Shown: one piece after another, positions 35,269 to 45,163 of the stretch
Layout: every line of letters begins with the position of its first letter
Numbering within the stretch: the first letter of the stretch is position 1
Source: an uncultured Saprospiraceae bacterium
GTDB taxonomy: Bacteria > Bacteroidota > Bacteroidia > Chitinophagales > Saprospiraceae
Direction: 5' to 3'
NCBI GenBank assembly: GCA_947311105.1
Contig: CAMZKG010000090.1
Location: forward strand, 1-48,114
Length of the DNA: 48,114 bases
Made by a program: the position numbers and the translations under genes
The notes under the pieces: generated by a model
The model's input: only the letters and a program-made list of their open reading frames with translations
Database searches by the model: none
What the model was told of the DNA's origin: nothing

Positions 35269-37776
35269 ATGAAAATCAAACACCTACTAATCGTTAGTTT
35301 AGCTTTTTTAATTATCAGCAAAACAACGGCCCAAACCATTCTAGGTATAGACGTTTCCAAATGGCAAGGCACCATCGATTGGCAACAGGTAGCCAATGAT
35401 GGAAAAGTTTTTGCCTATGTCAAAGCTACTGAAGGGCAAACCTACACAGACCCAAAATTTGCAACCAATGCAGCCAACGGAAATAGTGCAGGCGTGGTGA
35501 TGGGGGTTTATCATTTTGCTCGACCTGATAATAATACGGGCACCCAAGATGCCACCAATTTTGTCAATGTCGCGGGCAATTATATGGGCACTGGATTTCT
35601 ACCGCCAGTCTTAGACTTTGAAGACATCAACCGCAATGGTATGACAGTCAAACTTTCTGACATCATGACAAGTAGTGAACTCACCGCTTGGATTCAAGAG
35701 TTTTTGACTACCGTCCAAAACCTAACAGGTGTTACCCCTATCGTTTATACCAGCACCTACTATGCAGGCTACGTTAATTCTTCCCTAAATACTTATGGAC
35801 TATGGCTTGCCAAACCCAACACAAGCCCATCCGACCCACCAACTAGCTTAGGCAACTGGAATGACTGGATGTTTAAGCAATATTCTTGGGTTGGTAGCGT
35901 ATCAGGCATCAGCGGCAATGTGGACTTAAACGTATTTAATGGCTCCATTGATGATTTTAACGAACTAATCGGCAACGGATCTTTAGCCAATGATGAGTGC
36001 AGCAACCCTATACTTCTAACAAGCAACACTTCTTGCATGCCTATTTCGGGTACCGTCAATGACGCAACCAATAGCAATTGGCCGCAAGCATCTTGCGACT
36101 TTTATCAAGGCAATGCGCACTTGCAAGATGTTTTTTATCAGTTTGTAGCTGTTAATCCTGACCAAATCATCACCGTAAATCCTGTGGACAATCTTGATGC
36201 CGTCGTAGCTCTTTACCAAGGTTCAGACTGCAATAATATGACCGAAATCGGATGCTCCGATAATGGTGGTGGATTTGGACAACCAGAAATACTCACTGTA
36301 ACCAACTTAACGGTTGGACAAACTTATTGGGTTCGTGTTTATGACTATGGCAGCCAACCTCCTTCTAATGGAGATTTTGAAATTTGTGTGACCCATACAG
36401 GAGCGGCTTCAGAAGATATCTTTTTGACTAATGCGCAGGTGACACCTACTACATTAATGGCAGGTCAAAATATCACCGCAGAAGTTAATCAGAATTATAG
36501 TGGCAATGCGAGCAATGTGCCAGATGTCTATCTAAGTTACTATTTATCAACCGATTGCACCTTGGATGGAGCAGACATTTTGCTGTTTGATCAAGATTTT
36601 TCGACCATCAATACCAACGACCTTTCCGATGAAGAAAACCAAATCCTAACCATCCCTACTGGAACAAACCCAGGTATTTACTACATCTTGATGGTTGGTG
36701 ATGCCACCGATGTTATTTCGGAAAATGATGAAAATAATAATACGGCTTGCGCCCAAATTACGATTATTGATGGCAGCGGAGAAGACATTAGCCTAACCGC
36801 CCCAACCATTACATCAGCTTCTACAGTCAATCCTGGAGACAACGTAATGGTAGAAATCACCCAAAATTATACCGGCAATATGGCATCCTTGCCTGACGTC
36901 TATCTACACACGTATTTATCGACAGATTGCCTGTTAGACAATAACGACATCCTACTCAATGACCAAGATTTTTCTACCTTAAACACAACAAATACTTCCG
37001 AAGTAGAAAATCAAACTTTGACAATTCCGATGAGCACTAGTGCAGGCACGTACTATATTTTGTTTGTTGCAGATGCCACCAATGTCATTACTGAAAACAA
37101 TGAAAACAACAATACGGCTTGCGCCCAAATGACGATTACGTCAAGCACCCCAGAAGATATTTTCTTGACAGATGTTAACGCATCAACCAACGCTGCAAAA
37201 CCTGGCGACACCGTCACCATCGAAGCAATTCAAAATTACACGGGCAACTCTATCAATGTCCCTGATGTCCATCTATACTTCTATCTTTCGACAAATTGCA
37301 AGCTAAACAGCTCTGATATATTGCTCAGCAACCAAGAATACTCAACCATTAACGCCAACGACCCGTCCGATGAAGAAAGCCACGATTTAATCATCCCCAG
37401 CAACATCAATCTTGGTAAATATTACATTTTGGCGGTAGCAGACGCCACCAATGTCGTTAACGAGGGCAATGAGGATAATAACATCGCTTGTATTCAATTA
37501 ATCATCGCAGATATAGTTGACAATCAGGAAGTTAGCTTAAAAGACAAGGTAAAAATATTCCCCAACCCAGTACAATCCATTTTGCATTTTGAGATTTCCC
37601 CAAACATTAATATTAATAATGTGGAAATCTTAAATAATTTGGGACAAACATTACAATCAGAAACCCTTACAAAAAATGAAATAGATGTCAGCAACCTACC
37701 AAGTGGCCTTTACTTTGTAAAATTCATTACGGACAAACAAGAAGCCATGATGTTTAGAATGGTAAAAATCGAATAA
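35269..37776 (+). CDS. GH25 muramidase (lysozyme) with PPC-like domain, three CARDB-like repeats and T9SS type A C-terminal sorting domain
   Basis: Signal peptide MKIKHLLIVSLAFLIISKTTAQ. GH25 motifs GIDVSKWQG.IDW, FAYVKATEG, GVYHFARP, VLDFE and WMFKQYS...G..G.VDLNVFNG. The C-terminus FPNPVQSILHFE...LPSGLYFVKF resembles a Por_Secre_tail domain. Confidence 0.88.
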   Translation: MKIKHLLIVSLAFLIISKTTAQTILGIDVSKWQGTIDWQQVANDGKVFAYVKATEGQTYTDPKFATNAANGNSAGVVMGVYHFARPDNNTGTQDATNFVNVAGNYMGTGFLPPVLDFEDINRNGMTVKLSDIMTSSELTAWIQEFLTTVQNLTGVTPIVYTSTYYAGYVNSSLNTYGLWLAKPNTSPSDPPTSLGNWNDWMFKQYSWVGSVSGISGNVDLNVFNGSIDDFNELIGNGSLANDECSNPILLTSNTSCMPISGTVNDATNSNWPQASCDFYQGNAHLQDVFYQFVAVNPDQIITVNPVDNLDAVVALYQGSDCNNMTEIGCSDNGGGFGQPEILTVTNLTVGQTYWVRVYDYGSQPPSNGDFEICVTHTGAASEDIFLTNAQVTPTTLMAGQNITAEVNQNYSGNASNVPDVYLSYYLSTDCTLDGADILLFDQDFSTINTNDLSDEENQILTIPTGTNPGIYYILMVGDATDVISENDENNNTACAQITIIDGSGEDISLTAPTITSASTVNPGDNVMVEITQNYTGNMASLPDVYLHTYLSTDCLLDNNDILLNDQDFSTLNTTNTSEVENQTLTIPMSTSAGTYYILFVADATNVITENNENNNTACAQMTITSSTPEDIFLTDVNASTNAAKPGDTVTIEAIQNYTGNSINVPDVHLYFYLSTNCKLNSSDILLSNQEYSTINANDPSDEESHDLIIPSNINLGKYYILAVADATNVVNEGNEDNNIACIQLIIADIVDNQEVSLKDKVKIFPNPVQSILHFEISPNININNVEILNNLGQTLQSETLTKNEIDVSNLPSGLYFVKFITDKQEAMMFRMVKIE
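36412..37515 (+). repeat. Three tandem coding repeats of about 123 aa (CARDB-like) inside the GH25 gene
   Basis: Units begin at 36412, 36781 and 37153 (EDIFLT.../EDISLT.../EDIFLT...). Each ends ...NNNTACAQ(I/M)TI or ...NNIACIQLII. Confidence 0.85.
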
Positions 37777-37786
37777 CCCACGTAGC

Positions 37787-37817
37787 GGCGCCCCTTGTGG
37801 GCGCCCTTTATCTTTTA
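37787..37817 (+). terminator. Rho-independent terminator after the GH25 gene
   Basis: GC stem GGCGCCC/GGGCGCC (37787-37793 and 37799-37805) with loop CTTGT, followed by CTTTATCTTTT. Confidence 0.75.
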
Positions 37818-38056
37818 CCCGCACCCCGAAAACTAGGCATGCAGAAAGCCAATCTATCCCAACACCGTTAAGCTTAAGTGCCAAAACTTAAATTACTTAA
37901 CATCTGCACTTCTAAACTATTCACCAACGCTTACCAATTAATCAAAGAAATAGAATAAAAATTTTGTACCTTTAACTTTGTCAACGTTTTAAAAAACCTA
38001 AACTACACGCTATCAAATACTTACAGGCTGTCATAATAACCTTTGGATTTGCTTTT

Positions 38057-40972
38057 TTGGCGCAAGCCCAATCCATCACTTACTATAATCAAGAATGGGA
38101 AGAGACATCCAAAGAACAGGCGCTTTATTATCGCCAAACCACGCCCCCGACTCCACCTGACACACTCATTCACATCCAAGATTTTTATATAGATGGTACT
38201 CGTCAGTCTGATGGCTACGTCACTACTTTAAAGTATGATGACAACTACGTAGGACGGGTAAATTGGTACTATCCCAATGGACAACTAGAGCATTTTACCA
38301 CCTACCACCCAGAGACCCTAAAAAAATTTGGACCAACTGCTTGGTACTTAAAAAATGGGGAGCTATTAGCTAAAGGGGAATACAAATACGGAAGTGCATT
38401 CAACGGCATCGTTCGTAATCACACCTATGCATTGCGTTTTACGAAAGTAAAAAATGGCCACCTAATATCAAGATTGGATTTTTATGACAATAGCCATCAA
38501 ATATCTCATGAGCAATTTTATTTTTCAGATAATTTTAGAATCAAAGAAGATATTTATTATGACAAAAAAGGTCAAGAATTGGGTCGATTAAAATATTTAG
38601 AAGAATCAGGAATGCGCATTGACTCTGGCATCAAAATAAAATTTTACCGTGCCGATTATACAGACCTTTCGGTAAAAACCACTCAGCACTATCAAAATCA
38701 ACAAGCCAATGGAGAACAGATTACCTACCACCCCGATGGACGAATATGGACAAAAGGAATTAATAAAAACAACCAGCATTTTGATGGTGAGTTTATTGAC
38801 TATCACACCTATACACTTGTCCAACAAGGAAACATTATCAAGACCATTCAATATGATAAAAATTGGAAAATAAAAGCCACATTACGATACAAGAATAATA
38901 ATATATGGGAAGGTACAGATGAAGGCGCTATCGCCACAGACATTTATAAAGCTGGCAAACGCACCCAAAGAACCACCTATTTTACCCCAAACAAGGAAAA
39001 AATCAAATCAAGAAAAACCTATAAAAAAGATATTTACGAAATAGAATGGTTTGACAAAACTGGAAAAAAACTAGGCACCGGAGTCTATAAGGAAAATGAA
39101 ATATGGGAAGGACTAGACATCCGATACGCTATAAACACAACGCTATTTTCGCATTTCAAAGCAGGCAAAAAGGAAGGCGTCGAAAAGCTTTTTGATGACC
39201 AACGGGTACTCCTTTCGGAAAAAACGTATCATAATGGACTGGTCATTTTTGATAAAACTAGAAACCCACTTACAGGCAAAATGGTGGACTGCATATACAA
39301 GAATGGCTCCGCTTTTGATGGTAGATTCTTCGAGTACGATGAAGAATCCTTGTTTAAGAATGGCGCACTTATTCAAAAAAATGACTACACCAAAAACAAT
39401 GGCCAATTATCTTTAAAAAAATCTACATTCTACAACTCAAAAAAGCAAATATCAAAAGTCACCGTTTTTGAAAATACTAAAGCCTACACCCTTTTCTATA
39501 AAGACGACCGAAAAGACCATGGAATCGACAAAACCAAAAGCGCCAAAATCACCTATTCAGATGAAAAAAAAAATGGCCCCTTTGAGTACTATCAAGATAG
39601 CATAGTCATTGTTTCTGGAACACTAAAAAATGGACTAAAAGATGGCTTAATTACTTTTTTCTCCCCGTCAGACAACAAACTATTCACTTGCGAATATAAA
39701 GAAGGCTCTCCCTTTGAAGGGACTGCGATTACCGATAGTTGGGGCGACTATGCGATCACACATTTTAAGAATGGCAAAAGAAATGGCCAAAGGATTCTTT
39801 ATCGCTCCGATGACACCATTACCGAAAATTATAATAACGGCGTCCTAGATGGTCATACATCTTGGGTTTTGAAAGATGGTAGAACCATTAATGGCTCCTA
39901 CCAAAACGGAAAGCCGTTTAATGGAGACTTCTACGACCCTGAATTTGACATTGCGGAGTCCTACATACAAGGCAAAAAGCATGGGCCTCACAAGTCCCAC
40001 CTTGATGGACTATTACTAATTTCAACAGAATACAACAAGGGCATAAAGACTTGGGAACAAACGAGTTATGCCATATCAGACACCATATTCAGTGAAGGAA
40101 CATTTAAAAATGGGCAACCTTACAATGGGGTTTTTACCACACCGACCGAACATGAATATCAATATTTCACCCCGTACAAAAATGGACAAAAAAATGGTAA
40201 GGAGACGCTAAGTGCGATATGGACAGAAATAAAAGAGTTAGGATTTACTCATTTTAAAAACAACAAAAAGGAAGGGGAGTACTTACTTATTGCTCCAGAG
40301 TTTTTGCCGAAAGGCATAGAAAAGGCACAAGGAATCTACAAAAACAACCAACCCTACTCTGGAACTTTTATCACAAACCCAAAATTCAAAACAATCTCGA
40401 CGTATCAAGATGGGCTAAAAAATGGAATAGAAATCTCAGAAACCAGTGAGTCCATTGACACGCTCTATTTTAAAAATGGAAAACCTATTAACGGAATAAA
40501 AAATGAAGCTCACAAAAAGAAACCAAATTATTATTTTTCTCACAAATATCTGAATGGTGTAAAGGTATCATCTCGATATGATTATTATTATCAACAATTC
40601 TCTATCGTCTATCTACCACATGGATTCTCTGTTCGCTATCTATATCAAAACACTAATAAGAATCTCTACAGTGAAATCGCAAGATTTTATTTCAAAAACA
40701 AAAAACACACTAAGGGCAGTATTGAGCTTTTTGAGAAGAGCAAGTCGATTGGCAGGCTATATTTCAAAAAAGGTCATTTCACCAAAGGAAAAATAGAAAC
40801 CAATGATTTTACTATTTTCCCGAAAGGGAATCTGCTTGTTGCCAAGATCCATACCCCAACCAAAAAATATCTTTCAAGGGAAACTTACACTCTCCCCAAA
40901 CAAGTAAGCTATCAGGATTTTGATGTGCTCGAAAATGCTATCGCTTTACTCCTAAAAAACGCCAATAAATAA
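38057..40972 (+). CDS. MORN-repeat-variant (YwqK-like) repeat protein, about 970 aa
   Basis: Dozens of repeats of Y/F-x-N-G-x-x-x-G type (YPNGQL, FKNGKRNGQ, YNNGVLDGH, YQNGKPFNG, YKNGQKNGKE...). 38057 is the first canonical start (TTG). A signal-peptide-like segment is encoded in frame upstream from ATC 38012 (see findings). Confidence 0.75.
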   Translation: MAQAQSITYYNQEWEETSKEQALYYRQTTPPTPPDTLIHIQDFYIDGTRQSDGYVTTLKYDDNYVGRVNWYYPNGQLEHFTTYHPETLKKFGPTAWYLKNGELLAKGEYKYGSAFNGIVRNHTYALRFTKVKNGHLISRLDFYDNSHQISHEQFYFSDNFRIKEDIYYDKKGQELGRLKYLEESGMRIDSGIKIKFYRADYTDLSVKTTQHYQNQQANGEQITYHPDGRIWTKGINKNNQHFDGEFIDYHTYTLVQQGNIIKTIQYDKNWKIKATLRYKNNNIWEGTDEGAIATDIYKAGKRTQRTTYFTPNKEKIKSRKTYKKDIYEIEWFDKTGKKLGTGVYKENEIWEGLDIRYAINTTLFSHFKAGKKEGVEKLFDDQRVLLSEKTYHNGLVIFDKTRNPLTGKMVDCIYKNGSAFDGRFFEYDEESLFKNGALIQKNDYTKNNGQLSLKKSTFYNSKKQISKVTVFENTKAYTLFYKDDRKDHGIDKTKSAKITYSDEKKNGPFEYYQDSIVIVSGTLKNGLKDGLITFFSPSDNKLFTCEYKEGSPFEGTAITDSWGDYAITHFKNGKRNGQRILYRSDDTITENYNNGVLDGHTSWVLKDGRTINGSYQNGKPFNGDFYDPEFDIAESYIQGKKHGPHKSHLDGLLLISTEYNKGIKTWEQTSYAISDTIFSEGTFKNGQPYNGVFTTPTEHEYQYFTPYKNGQKNGKETLSAIWTEIKELGFTHFKNNKKEGEYLLIAPEFLPKGIEKAQGIYKNNQPYSGTFITNPKFKTISTYQDGLKNGIEISETSESIDTLYFKNGKPINGIKNEAHKKKPNYYFSHKYLNGVKVSSRYDYYYQQFSIVYLPHGFSVRYLYQNTNKNLYSEIARFYFKNKKHTKGSIELFEKSKSIGRLYFKKGHFTKGKIETNDFTIFPKGNLLVAKIHTPTKKYLSRETYTLPKQVSYQDFDVLENAIALLLKNANK

Positions 40973-40991
40973 TAGTACTCAAGCTTAAGCA

Positions 40992-41744
40992 CTATTCCTT
41001 TTCAGCAGCTCCATAAAATTCATACAACGGCATAGACGAAGCGAATCTAGAGTTATGCTTACCCGTTGGGGTTTCCACAACCATCATATTGTATTTACCA
41101 TAAATCCCAAGATACAACTTCTTACCTGCCAAATCTGGACTCAGCTCGATTAACTGCCTAATCATATCAGCGACTTTTGGGCGCTCACTCTTTTTTAGAC
41201 TTTTCAAAGTAGGCACCTTGGCAAGAACCAACATTTTATCCCCTTTTACTTTCGTAAAATACTCAAAAGTCTCTGGCTTCATATCTGCCGTAAGATTTTC
41301 ATCAAAAAAGGTTTTTAACAAAAAAGATGTAGAGTCAGCGTCCTCAGAAGGATTAGAAGTCACAGCGGCCAAATCAGCATTAAAAGACTCTTCTCTATAA
41401 TCAGGTACATGGGTGGCTGTTGCCCACGTAGTAAATGCAACAAAAAGACCAATCAATGCGGCACCTAACCAGTGCCAAATTGGACGCTTGACATAATTAC
41501 TTGCCACTCGATTGTATTGCTCTTTGAGCTGACTCGAGAACTCCTTCTTTTTTATCGTTCTTTTGCAGTGCGTACATTCTGCTACGGCCACTTTCCCTGC
41601 TGGAAATAACGGAATCCAAAACACATGAGCGTATCGCCCAAAAACATGCACATCTTGGGGAGACGTCTCACCACAGTGGGCACATTTTGTTCCTGAAATT
41701 TGAAAAGAGCCAATCCCCGTCGCTCTTGTACCATAAATAATCAT
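40992..41744 (-). CDS. Zinc-ribbon domain membrane protein (hypothetical)
   Basis: 250 aa. N-terminal CxxC...CxxC (CAHCGE...CTHCKR), one TM helix (WLGAALIGLFVAFTTWA) and a C-terminal soluble domain. Confidence 0.65.
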   Translation of the reverse strand: MIIYGTRATGIGSFQISGTKCAHCGETSPQDVHVFGRYAHVFWIPLFPAGKVAVAECTHCKRTIKKKEFSSQLKEQYNRVASNYVKRPIWHWLGAALIGLFVAFTTWATATHVPDYREESFNADLAAVTSNPSEDADSTSFLLKTFFDENLTADMKPETFEYFTKVKGDKMLVLAKVPTLKSLKKSERPKVADMIRQLIELSPDLAGKKLYLGIYGKYNMMVVETPTGKHNSRFASSMPLYEFYGAAEKE

Positions 41745-41871
41745 AGTTCGATGATTTGTATTGTTTAAAAACTTGTTTACTCCAAAAGTAAAAATAGTAT
41801 CTGTTTTTCATCAGCTACTATTTATCTAACATCACTTTTCTAGGCAGACCTAAAATAGCTTATTCTTTTAC

Positions 41872-42711
41872 CTATGCGCCCACGCACCGTTTATCCACCA
41901 CAATCCGACCCTTTTCATTTTTGCGCAAGCAGACCATCTCGGTCTCTGGGTCATGCTCAAAATACAAATAATATCCATTCTCTAGCGCTTCGTTCAATAA
42001 TTTTGTTTTTTCTTCCAAAGTCTTCATCGGGCGAATATCATAAGAGATAATCCAAGGCATCGGTACATGATAACTAGCCGGCATCAAATCACAACAATAA
42101 ACCACCGTCCGCTCCCCTGTATCAATAATCGGCATCATCATCGCCTCCGTATGCCCATAAAGCAATCGAATCTTAATACCAGGTATCCACTCCGCATCTT
42201 GCTCTATATCAATAAATTGCAACACTCCTGCCTCCATCAACGGGACAATATTCTCCTTCAAAAACGATGCTTTTTCTCGTGGATTTGGGTGGAGCGCCCA
42301 ATTATAATGGACTTCATTTGACCAATAAGTTGCATTTTCAAAAGTAGGTACTATCTCGCCAGCTTGATTATATTCCAATGCACCACCAACATGGTCAAAA
42401 TGCAAGTGCGTCAACAAAACATCTGTAATATCTCCCGTCGTAAGTCCTGCTTTCGCCAAAGACGACTTCAATGTCTCATCCCCAAAAGGTCGAAAATGAT
42501 CGCGAAATTTAGCGCCTTGCTTATCCCCCATGCCCGTATCAATCAGAATTTTTCGGTCGCCAGTTTCCACCAACAAACAGCGCATCGACCAAGGACAGAG
42601 ATTCTCTTCATCGGCAGGATTGACTTTTTGCCACATTCTCTTTGGGACGACACCAAACATGGCACCACCATCTAATCGAAAATATCCTGCGTGTATCGTT
42701 GTTAACTTCAT
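41872..42711 (-). CDS. MBL-fold metallo-hydrolase
   Basis: 279 aa. Metallo-beta-lactamase motif LLTHLHFDHVGG, with downstream GHTE and conserved Asp/His residues. Confidence 0.82.
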   Translation of the reverse strand: MKLTTIHAGYFRLDGGAMFGVVPKRMWQKVNPADEENLCPWSMRCLLVETGDRKILIDTGMGDKQGAKFRDHFRPFGDETLKSSLAKAGLTTGDITDVLLTHLHFDHVGGALEYNQAGEIVPTFENATYWSNEVHYNWALHPNPREKASFLKENIVPLMEAGVLQFIDIEQDAEWIPGIKIRLLYGHTEAMMMPIIDTGERTVVYCCDLMPASYHVPMPWIISYDIRPMKTLEEKTKLLNEALENGYYLYFEHDPETEMVCLRKNEKGRIVVDKRCVGA

Positions 42712-42715
42712 AATT

Positions 42716-43516
42716 CTACTTGCTCAAATGTACATCCATCTGTGGATAAGGAATACCAATTCCTGCTTTATCAAATTCTTTTTTAATCTGCTCATGCATA
42801 CAAAAATACACATCCCAATAATGCTCACTTTTGCACCACGGCCTTACGGCAAAATTCACACTAGAATCCGCTAATTCAGAGACAAAAATACCCGTTTCTT
42901 TTTCCGAAAGGACATGCGGACAATGGCTCACCACTTGTTGTATGATAGCCCGTGCCTTGTCTATATCATCATCATATCCAATACCAAAAGTCAAAAATAC
43001 AGAAATCTCTCCTTGTCCAGAAATATTAGTGACAGGTCCACCCGTAATAAATCCATTGGGTAAAAATATTTTCTTATTCTCTGGGGTCAAAAGCGTTGTA
43101 TTAAACAAGGTAATCGCTTCCACAACGCCCACATTACCCTGCACATCCACCAAGTCTCCGACTTTAAATGGCTTAAACAATAACAACATCACCCCGCTTG
43201 CGAAGTGCCCTAAATTACCTTGAAGCGCCATCCCAATAGCAAAAGCCATCGCACTAAAAATCGCAATAAATGATGTCGTCTGAATACCAAACATACCCGC
43301 CACAGACAACAATAACATCACCTTTAACGCAATGCTCAACAACGACTTAAAAAATGGCTTGAGTGATGCTTCTACATCTCGCTTGTCCATGAGCTTTTCA
43401 ACCATATTCACGATGCGCCCAATCACCCAAAACCCAATAATCAAGGTCAGTATGGCGCCTATCACTTTAGGCCCATAATCAGCTATAATGTCGTTGGCTA
43501 TTTTTAGATAATCCAT
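42716..43516 (-). CDS. Small-conductance mechanosensitive channel (MscS family)
   Basis: 266 aa. Three N-terminal TM helices, then the MscS beta-domain (FKVGDLVDVQGNVGVVEAITLFNTTLLTPENKKIFLPNG). Confidence 0.85.
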   Translation of the reverse strand: MDYLKIANDIIADYGPKVIGAILTLIIGFWVIGRIVNMVEKLMDKRDVEASLKPFFKSLLSIALKVMLLLSVAGMFGIQTTSFIAIFSAMAFAIGMALQGNLGHFASGVMLLLFKPFKVGDLVDVQGNVGVVEAITLFNTTLLTPENKKIFLPNGFITGGPVTNISGQGEISVFLTFGIGYDDDIDKARAIIQQVVSHCPHVLSEKETGIFVSELADSSVNFAVRPWCKSEHYWDVYFCMHEQIKKEFDKAGIGIPYPQMDVHLSK

Positions 43517-43637
43517 TTCGTGTCGATTTTATTTTTTTGTTAATGTTATCCCTTGCAAATGACTACATAGTTTTTTTTTCAATTATGTTTTAACAACCAC
43601 TCAACTGTTAAGTTGTTTTATTGTTTACCTATTCAAT

Positions 43638-44252
43638 ATGAAAAAAAGTGAAAGAATAAAATTTATCCACGACAAGTTGGATGAAATCTACCCTACGGTG
43701 CCGATTCCCTTGGACCACCATGATGCCTATACGCTTTTGATTGCCGTTTTGCTCTCCGCACAGTGTACGGACAAAAGAGTCAACATCATCACGCCTGCTC
43801 TTTTTGACCGAGCTGACACACCCCAAAAAATGGCGCAAGTACCCTTAGAAGAAATTGAGACACTCATCAAAACCTGCGGGCTTTATCGCAATAAGTCCAA
43901 AGCCATTCTCAAGCTTTCGCAAATACTCGTCAACAAATTCAACAGTCAAGTACCCGATAATTTTAAAGATTTGGAATCACTCCCAGGGGTCGGGCACAAG
44001 ACCGCTAGCGTCGTCATGTCCCAAGCTTTTGGGGTCCCAGCATTTCCTGTGGACACCCATATTCACCGATTAGCCACCAGATGGAAGCTCACTTCTGGCA
44101 AAAACGTCGTCCAAACAGAGAAAGATTTAAAAAGGCTTTTTCCAGAAGAAAATTGGAACAAACTACACCTTCAAATTATTTATTTCGGCAGAGAATACTG
44201 TCCTGCTCGGGGGCACGACAAGGATACTTGCCCAATTTGTGCCATCATTTAG
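43638..44252 (+). CDS. nth: Endonuclease III (DNA-(apurinic or apyrimidinic site) lyase)
   Basis: 204 aa. HhH-GPD motif LPGVGHKTASVV, catalytic VDTHIHR and C-terminal 4Fe-4S cluster cysteines C.....C..C.IC. Confidence 0.93.
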   Translation: MKKSERIKFIHDKLDEIYPTVPIPLDHHDAYTLLIAVLLSAQCTDKRVNIITPALFDRADTPQKMAQVPLEEIETLIKTCGLYRNKSKAILKLSQILVNKFNSQVPDNFKDLESLPGVGHKTASVVMSQAFGVPAFPVDTHIHRLATRWKLTSGKNVVQTEKDLKRLFPEENWNKLHLQIIYFGREYCPARGHDKDTCPICAII

Positions 44253-44263
44253 CGCTCAACTTT

Positions 44264-45142
44264 CTACTCATCCAAAGCAAGAAGACCAACTAGCGCATCC
44301 ACCACATAATGCGGCTCCGAAAAATAAAAAAAGTGACTCTTATCTTCTACCATCATCACCTTTTTGTCCTTTGATTTCACCAACATAGAATCCGCATACT
44401 CGGTATTAGATGCTTCCGCCAACCAATCATTGCGACCTTGAATCATCACCACAGGACAAGTTACTTCGCCCCATCGGTTTTTTATTTTTTCAAGATCCGC
44501 TTCAAGATTGATGATTTCTTTATTACTCACCACCATTGACGAAGGCACCAACCATTTTATGGGCGGATAATTCATCGGTTTCCGCCACCATGCATCTGCC
44601 TTCCAAGCCCTTTTTACAATACCTCCTAACCAAACCAAGCCAGCTACTTTCTCCGGAAAATCCATCGCTGCTTGCAAAATCACTGGCGCACCATAAGAAT
44701 GTCCAATTAAATAGATTTTTCTACCATCAAACTCCCCCATAAGCATCTCTAAACCAGCAACTTGCGCATCCAAATTCAACATCTTATCTCCGCGGCTAGA
44801 CAAGCCAAAACCAGGCCTATCATAAGCGACCACCGTCCCACTATTCAGCAAAATCGAATCCTTCAGATACACCATAGAATTAGACAAAGCCCCTGGTGTA
44901 CCATGAGCAAAGATAAAGACAGGAGCAGTATCAACCAACTCTACATTGGTCGCTTTCGCAAAAAATATTTTCACTCCAGCTTGCTCCACAAATCCAGTAC
45001 TATAATTGTCAATACCCGCCTCCTTAAATTCATCAACAAGTTTCTTTGGGGAAGTATCCATATCACCCCATCCAGCTGCATTACAGCCAATAATCAAAAC
45101 CAACAAAACCAATGGAATATACCGCTTCTTAAACTTTTTCAT
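44264..45142 (-). CDS. Alpha/beta hydrolase
   Basis: 292 aa. Possible lipoprotein signal (LLVLIIGC), nucleophile elbow GHSYG and an HG oxyanion region (FAHGTPG). Confidence 0.75.
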   Translation of the reverse strand: MKKFKKRYIPLVLLVLIIGCNAAGWGDMDTSPKKLVDEFKEAGIDNYSTGFVEQAGVKIFFAKATNVELVDTAPVFIFAHGTPGALSNSMVYLKDSILLNSGTVVAYDRPGFGLSSRGDKMLNLDAQVAGLEMLMGEFDGRKIYLIGHSYGAPVILQAAMDFPEKVAGLVWLGGIVKRAWKADAWWRKPMNYPPIKWLVPSSMVVSNKEIINLEADLEKIKNRWGEVTCPVVMIQGRNDWLAEASNTEYADSMLVKSKDKKVMMVEDKSHFFYFSEPHYVVDALVGLLALDE

Positions 45143-45163
45143 TTTTTTCTTTAAAATGATGCA

